DNA of 64,000 nucleotides from Octopus sinensis (GCF_006345805.1 NC_043002.1:84382001-84446000), one strand, 5' to 3'. Positions 51,695-63,541 are shown, numbered from the stretch's first letter. The notes: generated by a model not told the origin, from the letters alone. Numbers and translations are program-made.

Positions 51695-52000
51695 TTTGTT
51701 GTTTGTTCCTTCTCGAGCCATGCCTGGCTCATAAGGGCCGGTTTCCCGGTTTCCTTGGCGTATAGGTTCCCCATCTGGATGGGACGCTGGTCCGTCGCAG
51801 GTGAGCTGCAAGATGCAGGAGGAAAGAGTGAGAGAAAGTTGTGGCGAAAGAGTCAGCAGAAGTTTGCCATTACCTTCTGCTGGAGCTGCGTGGAGCTTAG
51901 GTGTTTCGCTCATAAACACACACATTGCCCAGTCTGAGATTCGAACACGTGATCTCTCGACTGTGAGTCCGCTGCTCTAACCACTAGGCCATGTGCCTCC
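51695..52000 (-). mobile_element. tRNA-derived SINE with well-preserved tRNA-like head
   Basis: Minus strand ggaggcacatggcctagtggttagagcagcggactc...gttcgaatctc (A and B boxes), then a body related to family D. Confidence 0.85.
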
Positions 52001-52265
52001 ATACAATTAGATCACTGTTGGATCAGCAACACCAAATAGATGGTACCAAAGCAGCTGTGTCAAAATGTTTCATACTTGATTTTAATATAAGTAGTACAGA
52101 AGATTATAAGCATCAATCTGCCAGCCATCTCGGCTATTGTATTGTCAGCCACCTCTACTAATGCAGGGTAGGTTTTGCTGACCAGTTCTATCATGCTGAA
52201 CACCAGGCCATATCAGATGCTATATTTTGGAAACTTCTGCAGCCTTACAGAGGATAAAGACCACT

Positions 52266-52678
52266 GGATCTTTTCAGTTTGAATGGTAGTTTTTAACATA
52301 ATTTCTAGGTAACAAAAAAATTTTAAACTTCGTATACTAGTAGAATGTGTTTATAAAACATCTTTTTCTCTTGGCTTTATTGAGAAAATTCTATAGTTTG
52401 TAAGATATTTGTTGTTTTTTTCTTCAATTTCTGCAATTTCAACCAATCAATGACGTCCATTGAGGTAAAAAAAAAAAAAAAACATTCTGTGCCGTATGAA
52501 TATGTCCCTCGTTTAAGAAACAGATTGGGTTTAGTTACATTTGTGAAGAAAAAAAAGATACCCTTCTCTCCACCCCAAAACAGATTGAAATGCAATAGAT
52601 CGATACTTGGGTCATAATTATGGGTGACAACTTCATATACACCGCTAGAAAAAATTGCTGTTCAAACCGAAAAGATCC
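52266..52678. mobile_element. Second copy of the 8-bp-TSD MITE, opposite orientation
   Basis: Same TIRs and internal sequence reversed. TSD agaccact at 52258-52265 and 52679-52686. Confidence 0.9.
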
Positions 52679-52947
52679 AGACCACTTAATAACGTACATT
52701 GATATTATTGGCAGAGACACACAGCATGAACTTGATGGGATCAAGATTCCTGACCTGGTTTGATGAAACACATCTTGGTTACAACTTAAAGAAAATGGTG
52801 AATGATATTTGAGTAAGGTACGTCACATTGGGATCGAACCAGGAACCAGGTAATTGTGAAGCTAACTGTTCAACAACACATCCATGCAATATGTTTTGTG
52901 AAAAATGTAAACAAAAAGGTCCTCGACATTAATTGAATAAAACTTAC

Positions 52948-53073
52948 GTCATAAAATACGGAGATGAAATAAGGAAACAGAGTCCAAGGGAGACAAATCG
53001 AGCGCCGGCAGCTGTCAGCGGAGGTTGTGATGTTATGAGATCGAGAATCAGCTTCATCTCTTGCTCAGTGAAT
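52948..53073 (-). CDS. INTS2: INTS2 coding exon
   Basis: tgacag|A...AC|gtaagt. FTEQEMKLILDLITSQPPLTAAGARFVSLGLCFLISSPYFM. 126 nt. Confidence 0.95.
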
Positions 53074-53159
53074 CTGTCAAAAACCAAGAGAGGTTGTTAT
53101 AAGTAGTAGTAGTAGTAGTAGTAGTAGAAGTAGTAGTAACAGCAATAAAGAAAATAATA

Positions 53160-53335
53160 ATCCTTTCTACTAAAGGCACGAGGACTGAAAATTGACCCCA
53201 GTGTTTCACTGCTACTTAATTTATCAACCCTGAAAGGATGAAAGGCAAAGTCAACCTCAGCAGAATTTGAACCCAGAATGTAGCAATTATCAAAATAACA
53301 CTGGACGTTCTGTCCAACGTGCTAGCTCATCGCCT
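53160..53335 (-). mobile_element. Family B SINE
   Basis: atttatcaaccctgaaaggatgaaaggcaaagtcaacctc core. Confidence 0.75.
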
Positions 53336-53500
53336 AAGAATAATACTTTTAAATTTTGGTACAAGGCCAGCAACTTCAGAAAAGGGATTATGATGATTAC
53401 ATTGACCTCAGTGCTCAAAGGGTACTTGAAATGCAAAGATAAGCTTGGCAGAATTTGAACCCAGAAAATAAAGATGGATGAAATGCTGCTAAGCACCTGT

Positions 53501-53822
53501 TGGTCCCATGCCAGTGGCACATAAAAAACACCATTTGAGTATGGTTGTTGCCAGAATCACCTGACTGGCTCCCATGCTGGTGGCACGTAAAAAGCACCAT
53601 TCGAGTGTGGTTGATGCCAGTACTGCCTGACTGACCCTCATACCGGTGGCACATAAAAAGCACCCACTATACTCTCAGAGTGGTTGGCGTTAGGAAAGAC
53701 ATCCAGCTGTAGAAACCTTGCCAGATTAGATTGGAGCATGGCACAGACTTCTGGCTAGTCAGTCCTCAGTCAAACTGTCCAACCCATGCCAGCATGGAAG
53801 GCAGACGTTAAACGATGATGAT
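53501..53822 (+). mobile_element. Family C retroposon nested inside a family B SINE (53340-53500 and 53823-53851)
   Basis: The family B sequence resumes after the (GAT)n tail with atgctaacaattttgccagc. Confidence 0.85.
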
Positions 53823-53911
53823 ATGCTAACAATTTTGCCAGCTTGCTGCCTTACACACATAAAAATAAATATTAATAAAGACAACAAAAATACAGTAAAA
53901 CAAGTACTTAC

Positions 53912-54078
53912 TTGAAGGCAGCCATTCCTTTCAGAGCACAGTAAAGTCTGATGAATGAACTGGCTTTAATTACTTGGTTATTAGCAATTGCTTCATGAGG
54001 TTTTGGTAGTATCTCTTGTAGCAACTCAAGTAGGGTTTCCCTGAGAGAGATTAACAACACCATCTTGCCTTTCTTTTT
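53912..54078 (-). CDS. INTS2: INTS2 coding exon
   Basis: tttag|AAA...AA|gtaagt. KKKGKMVLLISLRETLLELLQEILPKPHEAIANNQVIKASSFIRLYCALKGMAAF, versus human VVKASALLRLYCALMGIAGLK. 167 nt. Confidence 0.93.
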
Positions 54079-54699
54079 CTAAATTGATACAAAATATAAT
54101 AGAAATGTCAATGCAGATAAAGATATAAATAAAAGAGATATATACAAAATATATAGATGTTTAAATAGAATATCTAAAGAGGCTCGAATACTGACCGAAA
54201 GGAAAAATAAATGTCAGTTCTTTTTTATGTGTAATTTTTTATGTGTTAAAAGCAAATAACTTTTTAATTTTGCTTATAATTTTATAACTTTTATCATTTT
54301 TTGTTTTATAATTTTATTTTCATTCTTGTTGGATCCTGCTTATCTACCCACAACAGTTTATTTTTCATTTGGCTGCAATCATTTTCTCTAGGTCTATTCC
54401 TAGGAACACATTTAGTTAGCAGCAGAGGAGATAACTCCCGAAATACTTTAAAATGTGTTTTGCAATTATAAGGGCTGATTTGAAATCTGCCAGACAGAGC
54501 ACACGTTGAAAAATTTCAATCAAGTTTTGACATAAGATTTATAAATCTATTTGTTTTGCTATCATAATTAAATAATAAACATAAAATTTTGTCGTTTTTT
54601 TTTTAATTTGCCCGATTTCATTGAATAATAGATTATTGATCAAAATGTGATAAAACCCACAAACAAACCTAAAAGTACTTAAATTCAGACATAGAGGAA

Positions 54700-55110
54700 C
54701 ATCATCATCATAATTTAACATCCGTTTTCCATGCTGGCATGAGTTGGACGGTTTGATTGAGGACTGGGAAGCTGGGAGGCTGTACCAGGCTCCAATCTGA
54801 TCTGGCAAGGTTTCTACAGCTTGATGCCCTTCCTTCCTAATGCCAACCACTCTGAGAGTGTAGTGGGTGCTTTTTACATGCCACCAGCACAGGGGCCAGT
54901 CAGGTGGCACTAGCATTGACCACACTCAAATGGTGTTTTTTACATGCCACCAGCACAGGGGCCAGTCAAGTGGCACTAGCATTGACCACACTCGAATGGT
55001 GCTTTTTACATGCCACCAGCACAGGGGCCAGTCAGGTGGCACTAGCATTGAGCAAACTCGAATGGTGTTTTTTACATGTCACTGGAAGAGGAATCAGTCA
55101 GACGGTACTG
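54700..55110 (-). mobile_element. Family C retroposon with three internal ~62-nt repeats
   Basis: ttttacatgccaccagcacaggggccagtca...tggtg repeated three times. Confidence 0.88.
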
Positions 55111-55465
55111 GTTGTTTTCTGGGATTGTCACAAGGCTTCACATTTAGTGGAGAAGGCTACAATTGATTGCACCAACTTAGTACTTGGCTGGTACTTTAGT
55201 TAATCAATCCCATAAGGATGAAAGGGAAAGTTGGTTGCAGCAAGATTTGAGCTAAGAATGTAGAAGGCTGTAATAAAACACCTGATGTCAGTCAACAGTG
55301 AAATATTTAGAGCTTAGTGTTCTACTTTATACAATAACTTATTGTTCTTTCTTGACCTAAATGTATAAAGCACACTAAATTGAAAACGTGTGGAAATAGG
55401 TATAATGTTTAGAAAATATGTTTAACTTCAAGCAGACTTTCAGATTTTATATAAATTGTACTGAC

Positions 55466-55660
55466 CTTTTGACCGCTTTTAATATATTGTGAGAACCAAG
55501 TGCGAACATTTTGATCTGGGCCAAGCAGTAAACCAGTGATGAAAGGAAGCAAGTCATTGTTTCCAATATCAGAAGCTGTGCCATTCTTGTGATGGTTTTT
55601 ACCACGGATCATTGAAAGAGACAGTGAAATTGTTAAACCAGGCATGGCACAATGTTGAAC
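55466..55660 (-). CDS. INTS2: INTS2 coding exon
   Basis: tttag|GTT...AAG|gtcagt. VQHCAMPGLTISLSL...DLLPFITGLLLGPDQNVRTWFSQYIKSGQK. 195 nt. Confidence 0.95.
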
Positions 55661-55904
55661 CTAAATGCAAAAACAAGAATAGATATTTAAATTCAGAGTT
55701 GTCATTTTAATTTGTTTCATCTGAAAAGAAATAAGCAATTTAAACATTAGTTTGCAGACTCATCACAGCTTCATTAATTAAGAATGACTATAATTTAGAC
55801 ACTTTTTTTTTCAATCCATATATATATATAATATAACAATAAAACTAATCTTTTAGAAAATCTATGTAGCTAATATTAAATATCTCATCATAAGGTCGGA
55901 AGCT

Positions 55905-56095
55905 AGCAGAATCATTAGCATGCCAGGCAAAATTTTGTCTGTCATTACATTCTGAGTTCAAATTCTTCCGAGGCTGAGTTTATCTTTCATTCTTTTGGGG
56001 TCAATGAAATAAGTACCAGTTATGCACTAGGGTTCATGTAATTGACTAGCTCCCTCCTCCAAAACTTCAGGCCTTGTACCTATAACATAAAGGAT
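55905..56095 (+). mobile_element. Family B SINE
   Basis: gctagcagaatcattagc...ctgagttcaaattc...gaaataagtaccag. Confidence 0.75.
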
Positions 56096-56155
56096 TATAT
56101 ATCTCATTATCATCATTTTATTGTCCACTTTTCTATGCTTGTTTGAGTCAGACAA

Positions 56156-56243
56156 AAGCAGATTTTTTTTGCCAACATTCATTTGCTTCCTAGCAAGTTA
56201 CCTTGCTAGGAAGCAAATGAATGTTGACAAAAAAAATCTGCTT
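56156..56243. repeat. Near-perfect 42-bp-arm hairpin with 4-nt loop
   Basis: aagcagattttttttgccaacattcatttgcttcctagcaag-ttac-cttgctaggaagcaaatgaatgttgacaaaaaaaatctgctt; 1 mismatch. Confidence 0.97.
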
Positions 56244-56349
56244 CCCCATGGAAGGCTGTAAATGAATGACATCACTTGATGTCATTTACTATCAACAGCT
56301 GATGTCAAGACAAGAGCAATTCCAAACACACACTCATATTTACACACAC

Positions 56350-56400
<51 letters not shown>

Positions 56401-56751
56401 CAAAATTTAAAGGACTGTCCTTTAAATTTTGTATGTAAAAAAATATTTTAATCTTCGGATTTTTTTAATATGCTAGGCCACTGGTTTTAATTGATTAATA
56501 TCAATTTCTACCCTTATTCAATTTTAAATCATATATATGTATGTATATATACCTATACATATATATATATACACACACAAACAATGGGCTTCTTTCAGTT
56601 TCCATCAACAAAATCCTCTCACAAGGCTTTGGTCAGTCGGAGACTACATTAGTAGAAGATACTTGTCCAAAATAAAATGCACTGAGACTGAACCCAAGAC
56701 CACATGGTTAGGAAGAAAGCTTTGTAACCACACAAGCCATACCTGCAACTC

Positions 56752-56784
<33 letters not shown>

Positions 56785-56817
56785 TCATATTTCACATATA
56801 TTCTACACATGTTGCAA

Positions 56818-57138
56818 AGGTGCAGGGCTTAGTGGTTTGGGTATTGCGTTCACAGTTGTCAGGATGTGAGTTCAATACCCAGCAGCACATTGTGTCCTTG
56901 AGCAAGACCTTTATTTCTCATTGCTCCAGTCAACACAGCTGGCAAAACAAGAAGTACCAGTGTTTTTCAAAAGGGCCAGTCTTGTCACAATCTGTGTCAC
57001 ACTAAACTACCCTGAGAACAATGTTAAAAGTACACTTGTTTGCGGAGTGCTCAGTCACTTGCGCATTCATTTCATGAGCAGGCTGATCCATTGATCGGAT
57101 CAACGGGAAATCTCATTGTCATAATCAACAGGGTGCCA
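56818..57138 (+). mobile_element. tRNA/CORE-type SINE
   Basis: ggtgcagggcttagtggtt...gagttcaatacc...ttgtgtccttgagcaagac. Confidence 0.72.
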
Positions 57139-57187
57139 GTTATACACATGTTGTAAGTTCTTTGTCATCACTAGATACTGACAGGTT

Positions 57188-57731
57188 CATCATCAACGTT
57201 TAACGTCCGCTTTCCATGCTAGCATGGGTTGGACGATTTTGACTGAGGGCTGGCGAGCCAGATGGCTGCACCAGGTTCCAATCTTGATCTGGCCAGAGTT
57301 TCTACAGCTGGATGCCCTTCCTAACGCCAACCACTCCAAGAGTGTAGTGGGTACTTTTTACGTGCCACCGGCATGGGGGCCAGTCAAGCGGTACTGGCAA
57401 TGACCTCGCTCGAATCTTTTTACACGTGCCACCAGCACAGGTGCCAGTGATGCGACGTTGGTAACGATCATGCTCGAATGGTGCCCTTGTACGTGCCATG
57501 GGTACGGAAGCCAGTTGGCTGCTCTGGCAATGATCATGCTTGGATGGTGCACTTGGCACCCAACTAGCACAGGCATGAGTGCCAGTAAGGCGACGCTGGT
57601 AACGATCATACTTGAATAGCTGCTCTGTCAACGATCACACTCGTATGGTGCTCTTTGCACCCTGCTAGCACAGATGCCAGTCATCGAATTGATTTTGATT
57701 TCACTTGCCTCAACAGGTCTTCGCAAGCAGA
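57188..57731 (-). mobile_element. Family C retroposon, long copy
   Basis: Internal repeats, plus gattttgattttcacttgcctcaacaggtcttc shared with the array at 58.7-60.6 kb. Confidence 0.88.
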
Positions 57732-57799
57732 GTTCATTGTTATATAATCAGGGGAAATAAAGAACAGGGAAGAATAAACACCAAACTACTGATACTTAC

Positions 57800-57930
57800 A
57801 CATAGTGACCGCACAGTTAACGTTTCAGATGGATTCATAGCACATAATATCTGCAGCGTTGTCATTCGCCTTTGGCCAGCAATTGAATCTTCATCGACTT
57901 TATCACCATGGGATACCAGATGTTTACATA
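57800..57930 (-). CDS. INTS2: INTS2 coding exon
   Basis: ttttcag|TA...TGT|gtaagt. VCKHLVSHGDKVDEDSIAGQRRMTTLQILCAMNPSETLTVRSLC. 131 nt. Confidence 0.95.
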
Positions 57931-58407
57931 CTGAAAAGGAGACGTATAGTACATATATGAATGCTGATGTGTGTCTGTGGCAGATTTTGTGGATTAAAAA
58001 AACATCCACTTAACAAGAAAATCCTGCTTATTTCTGTTAATGTTTCCATTTTTTTGCATCCATTTTTTCATGCTAGCAAACAGGGTAGTTTTCTGAAAAT
58101 TTTAACATTTGTATATATATATATATATATTACTGGAATAGTTGTTTTTACAGATGGATGCCCTTCTTTTCACTGAGTATTCAGTCATAAATATAGAAAT
58201 AAAATTTTGTCAGTCCATCATACTTAGGCCAGAAGATGTTCCAGATCTCTTCAGTTTCACTCACAGATTTTTTAATTATTTTTATTTTAACTAAACAGAT
58301 CATGGACAGATCACAATATTTGTAGTAAATTTGAATTTATTATCATTTGGTTGATAGTCCTGTACCTTAAATTCAGAACCAATACATTTCTAAAATATAT
58401 TTTACAG

Positions 58408-58438
<31 letters not shown>

Positions 58439-58560
58439 ACAGTAATGCCTGGATTTACGAATTAATTTGTTCCTAGCGACCGCTCATAAAGTGAAAACTT
58501 GTAAGGCAGAGGAATAATTTCCCATAGTAGTAATGTTATAAATCATAATTTGTTCCCAGA
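58439..58560. mobile_element. Tigger/pogo-like DNA transposon terminal fragment
   Basis: ta|cagtaatgcctggatttacgaa start after a (TA)n run. Confidence 0.45.
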
Positions 58561-58670
58561 AAAATCTTTTACCTATGAATTTTATAATACTCATAAATAA
58601 ATGGCAATAAAACAACAGTAGAATGCAAAAGATATGCTATGTAAAAGTAAAAAGAATGTCAGGACCATTT

Positions 58671-60641
58671 CATCATCATCATCATCATCATCATCATTTA
58701 ACGTCCGCTTTCCATGCTAGCATGGGTTGGACGGTTCAACTGGGGTCTGGGGAGCCCGAAAGCTGCACCAGTCCAGTCAGATCTGGCAGTGTTTCTACAG
58801 CTGGATGCCCTTCCTAACGCCAACCACTCCGAGAGTGTAGTGGGTGATTTTATGTGCCACCGACACAGGTGCCAGACGAGGCTGGCAAACGGCCACGCTC
58901 GGATGGTGTTTTTTATGTGCCACCGACACAGGTGCCAGACGAGGCTGGCAGACGGCCACGCTCGGATGGTGTTTTTATGTGCCACCGACACAGGTGCCAG
59001 ATGAGGCTGGCAAACGGCCACGATCGGATGGTGCTTGTTACGTGCCCACAGCACGGAGGCCAGTCGATGCGGTACTGGCTACGGCCACGTTCGGATGGTT
59101 TTCTCTTGTGTGCCACCGGCACTGGTACCACAAAGATACAAATTCCATTGATGTTCATCTATTTTGATTTGTTTTGATTTGATTTTCACTTGCCTCACAA
59201 GTGTCACAAGAAGGAAGGTATGCACAGGTGGACTGACTACGTCCCAGGTAGGGGCCATGGGTTATGGCCTGACTAGTCTTGCCGGGTCTTCGGATGGTGT
59301 TTTTATGTGCCACCGACACAGGTGCTAGATGAGGCTGGCGAACGGCCACGATCGGATGGTGTTTGTCATGTGCCCACCGCACTGACTACAGCACTGATGG
59401 ATTTCTTGTGTGCCACAGGCACTGGTACCACAGGCACTGGTACCACAGGCACTGGTACCACAAGATACAAATTCCATTGATGTTCATCTATTTTGTCTAT
59501 TTTGATTTGATTTGATTTGATTTTGATTTTCACTTGCCTCAACCGGTCTTCACAAGTGTCACAAGAAGGAAGGTATGCACAGGTGGACTGACTAGTCTTG
59601 CCGGGTCTTCGGAAGGTGTTTTTATGTGCCACCGACACAGGTGCCAGATGAGGCTGGCGAACGGCCATGATCGGATGGTGTTTGTTACGTGCCCACAGCA
59701 CGGAGGCCGGTCGATGCGGAACTGGCTACGGCCACGTTCGGATGGTTCTCATGTGTGCCACCGGCACTGGTACCACAAAGTGTGTGTCACCGGCACTGGT
59801 ACCACAAAGATACAGATTCCATTGATGTTCATCTATTTTGATTTGTTTTGATTTTGATTTTGATTTTGATTTTCACTTGCCTCAACAGGTCTTCACAAGT
59901 GTCACAAGAAGGAAGGTATGCACAGGTGGACTGACTACGTCCCAGGTAGGGGCCATGGGTTATGGCCTGACTAGTCTTGCCGGGTCTTCGGATGGTGTTT
60001 TTATGTGCCACCGACACAGGTGCTAGATGAGGCTGGCGAACGGCCACGATCGGATGGTGTTTGTCATGTGCCCACAGCACGGAGGCCAGTCGATGCGGTA
60101 CTGGCTACGGCCACTTTCGGATGGTTTTCTCTTGTGTGCCACCGGCACTGGTACCACAAGGATACAAATTCCATTGATGTTCATCTATTTTGATTTGTTT
60201 TGATTTGATTTTGATTTTGATTTTGATTTTCACTTGCCTCAACAGGCCTTCACAAGTATCACAAGGAGGAAGGTATGCACAGGTGGACTGACTACGTCCC
60301 AGGTAGGGGCCATGGTTTATGGCCTGACTAGTCTTGCCGGGTCTTCGGATGGTGTTTTTATGTGCCACCGACACAGGTGCTAGATGAGGCTGGCGAACGG
60401 CCATGACCGGATGGTGTTTGTTATGTGCCCACAGCACGATGGCCTGTGATGCGGTACTGACTACGGCCATGTTCGGATGGATTCTTGTGTGCCACCGGCA
60501 CTGGTACCACAAGCGGTACTGACTACTTTTTATGTGCCACCGACACAGGTGCTAGATGAGGCTGGCGAACGGCCACGACCGGATGGTGTTTGTTATGTGC
60601 CCACAGCACGATGGCCAGTGATGCGGTACTGACTACGGCCA
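58671..60641 (-). repeat. Family C retroposon expanded into a higher-order tandem array (about 330-350-bp units built from ~62-nt monomers)
   Basis: Anchor gataca(a/g)attccattg at 59135, 59464, 59809 and 60161. Monomer starts at 58851, 58914 and 58976. Confidence 0.92.
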
Positions 60642-61098
60642 TAATTAAAAAAATATTATTATTATAATCATTTTCTGAATCACTTTCACTCACATTAGAT
60701 TTGCTCACACCATCACTTGTAGATACAATAGCTGACTCACAAGCACTCATAGATGGACTTATACATTTCTTTTTAAAAGACAAATCTAGAGTTGTTTGCT
60801 TAGACGCTTTTATTTTCGCTATCTATGAATTTCGTGGTAATATGCAGAAGCATTTGTTATGGTAGTAGAAACTTTTGCACTTCATTCAAAATTTGAATCT
60901 TCTGCTTGAAAAGTAAAATTTGTAAACCTAGGGTCTTGTAAAGCGGTTCCTCATAAAATGAGGTATTACTGTATATATGCAATTAAAATCAGTGACAATA
61001 TTAATTTTTTTTTCCTTTCAAATTAAATAAAACAAAAGCAGCTGGTGCACAAAATTAAGTGTTTTGTTAAGAGATATAACCAATGAAAAGTGACAAAC

Positions 61099-61212
61099 CT
61101 TCATGGAAGCAATCAGGAGAATTTGCTACAAGTCTGCAAAGAAGCCACGAACCATTTTTGACACTCAAGAGAGCATTAGATAAGGAAACGATAGGTAGAA
61201 GAGATGGAAGTT
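61099..61212 (-). CDS. INTS2: INTS2 coding exon
   Basis: ttccag|AA...GAA G|gtttgt. ELPSLLPIVSLSNALLSVKNGSWLLCRLVANSPDCFHE. 114 nt. Confidence 0.95.
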
Positions 61213-61414
61213 CTGGAATAGAAAAATAATTGAAGTAGAATGAATCAGAGAAGTGTGTCATTTAAGTAGGTAAACAGAATAGTTAGTCTATTTGTTTCAT
61301 GTAAGGATTGCCTATTCTTCTATTCCTCAAAATAGAGACTGAAAGGATTTCCAATGGGTGATTAACACAGAATGTATTTGTTATCAAAGAGATCTGAAAT
61401 GACATGACATTTTT

Positions 61415-62157
61415 GTTAGTTAAGTTAAGTTAATTTTTTGGCTCAAAAAGCAAAAAGCAAGGCCATGTAGGGGGGACATGGAGTTATGTACAGGGAGGGT
61501 GTTCATGCAAAGAGTTCAGGCCATTTCTGGTCAAGAGCGACTTCGAACCGAGCAGTCATCGGCATCTTCACTATCTCGTCCGGCAGCTTATTCTACAGAT
61601 CCGCAACCCGGACAGAGAAAGCCCCTCTCCTTCAATTGAGATGGAATCGTCGCAGATAGAGCTTTTTGGAGTGACCCTGCAGCCGACGCTCTGGAGCAGG
61701 AGTGAAGAACAGCTCTTTCGAGAGGTTACACTTTCCGCTTATGATGTAGTGAGCGAGAATGAGATCACCACGGCGTTGTCGTTTTTCTAGAGAATAAAGG
61801 TTGAGTGTCTTCAGCCTTTCTTCATAAGACAAATGCTTGAGACTAAGAACCATGCAGGTAGCCAGCTTCTGGACTTTCAAGATGATGTATGTCTTTGAGG
61901 AGATAAGGAGAAGAGGCTTGAATCCCGTACTCCAATATGGGTCTCACCAGCATAACATAGAGCGGTAGGAATATGGCTGCTGTGAGCATTCCGAATGACC
62001 ATCGAATCAAAAACAGAACTCCGCGTGCTTTGTTGGCAGCATGGACGCACTGGGCCGAAGGCGAAAAGGAAGAATCCACCAAGATACCCAGGTCTTTTAC
62101 CTGGTCGGTCCTCTCCAGCAGCAGACGACCCGGTAGTCCCAAATCAGTTTTAACCAA
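61415..62157 (-). mobile_element. CR1-like LINE, 5'-truncated
   Basis: VKDLGILVDSSFSPSAQC..AANKARGVL...LVRPILEYGIQA; KHLSYEERLKTLNLYSLEKR.RRGDLI; (AACTT)n tail. One frameshift. Confidence 0.9.
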
Positions 62158-63067
62158 GTAATCCTATGTCCATGCCAAATGACTAGGCACAGCACACAGA
62201 TCTGGGGTTTTTTTCCCAGTTAAAGATCTGCAAAGCTAAGGGCCATACTGCAAACTCCAAAATACAGTTGAAAACTGTATGGACTACAGTATGGATATGT
62301 CACGCTCTTCACTGTCCAGTCTATTTCTGTATGCCTGTAGATTCTGATGGTGGCCACAGCAAAAGTGGAAAAGGTGGTCAGAGTGTGATAGTTGCTTAAC
62401 TCTTATAGAGGTGATACCTGCAGCAAATGAAGGTGATTTGTGGCGTGGCTATTGCATATGTAAGTAGAAAATTTATTTATCCCTCTACAATGAGCTCCAG
62501 TATTTTTGCAACTGAAATAGTACTGTGCCCAGAGCTTTATTAGTAAATTACATGATGATGATGATAATGATGATGATGATTATCATCATGATCATCACTG
62601 TTGTCATCATTGTTGCTATTGCTATTGCTTTGACCATCATTGCCCCCTCCTCATTATTGTATGTCTATTTTATATGCTGGCATGGGTTAGATGAGTAGTA
62701 ACATTTACCAAATATCGGTCTTCTTAAAACTAAGGAATAGATCAGATGGAGATTTATCATCCTCCCTTTTTATCCATTTCTATTGTCTACATTCTCACAC
62801 TCACTACTCTCACTCTCTCTCTCTCCTATTCTGTATTTCATTGTAGACATTAGCTCTATCCCAGTGATAAGAAACAATCTTCAAGACTATTTTTTTTTTA
62901 GACCATTCAAGTTATCTCTATTCATCCTTCATATATAATCATGTTTTCTCACTATATATTTAGCAAAATATAAGAAAAACATACAGATGATGACAGTACA
63001 TTACACCAATCTGTTGAAATAAATAGTTTTGTACAGGATAGTTTTGCTTGAAGAATTTAGAAATTAC

Positions 63068-63167
63068 CTGCTTGAGCAATACAGAGGACATCAGAAATAT
63101 CTTCAAGGTATATTTCACATTCAAATAATTCTGAGCTTTTTACATAGAAATCTTTACTTTCTTTGAT
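63068..63167 (-). CDS. INTS2: INTS2 coding exon
   Basis: ttgcag|ATC...GCA G|gtaatt. IKESKDFYVKSSELFECEIYLEDISDVLCIAQA, versus human KSSELFESPVYLEEAADVLCILQAE. 100 nt. Confidence 0.95.
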
Positions 63168-63402
63168 CTGCAATAAAATTTAGCAATAAATAATTGGCTC
63201 ATCATTAAAAAGATTATTAACAGGTAGTACTGCAATAGAGGGAAAATAATAACTTGGAATGGTAATAATGAAGAACAGAAAAAAACATTATGATCAGGTA
63301 CTGAACAACAGAGGGAAAAACAAGAATCCTTTCTTGCAATTAATCAGATTATTAAGACAATAATTACATAGGAAAATGATGCACTTATTAATTTTTTTTT
63401 AC

Positions 63403-63541
63403 CTGGCCAATTATGAAGAATATCTCGCTCAGCACCAAACGGATTCTATGTGCACAGTCACTTCTTTCAAATTCCAGAGACAGGCCTTGTTCTAACTGAG
63501 AGATCAAAGCACTTTCTGACTGGTTAGATCCAATCTTTTCC
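63403..63541 (-). CDS. INTS2: INTS2 coding exon (first in window; N-terminal exons lie beyond 64000)
   Basis: tttag|G...CAG|gt. Encodes EKIGSNQSESALISQLEQGLSLEFERSDCAHRIRLVLSEIFFIIGQ, matching recalled human HKLGGGSGESILVSQLQHGLTLEFEHSDSPRRLRLVLSELL. 139 nt. Confidence 0.95.

Noticed and set aside
51925-52000. tRNA gene
   Set aside because: A and B boxes are present but the acceptor stem is incomplete and it runs into a SINE body. The same applies to the other SINE heads.
58850-60641. Hammerhead ribozyme (retrozyme-like) in the ~350-bp tandem units
   Set aside because: I found no CUGANGA...GAAA core on either strand (only ctgacta and ctgatgg). Other ribozyme classes could not be excluded by eye.
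58698-60783. Many overlapping ORFs, and a superficially CRISPR-like repeat pattern
   Set aside because: The intervening segments are themselves repeated rather than unique spacers. There are no cas genes, the context is a eukaryotic intron, and the ORFs are by-products of GC-rich repeats.
62407-62459. Possible antisense exon (ttatag|...catat|gtaagt; VIPAANEGDLWRGYCI)
   Set aside because: A single 53-nt candidate with no partner exons or homology; expected by chance.
15986-63402. U12-type or non-canonical introns in INTS2
   Set aside because: All 21 introns traced are GT-AG, and none has the GTATCC U12 donor.
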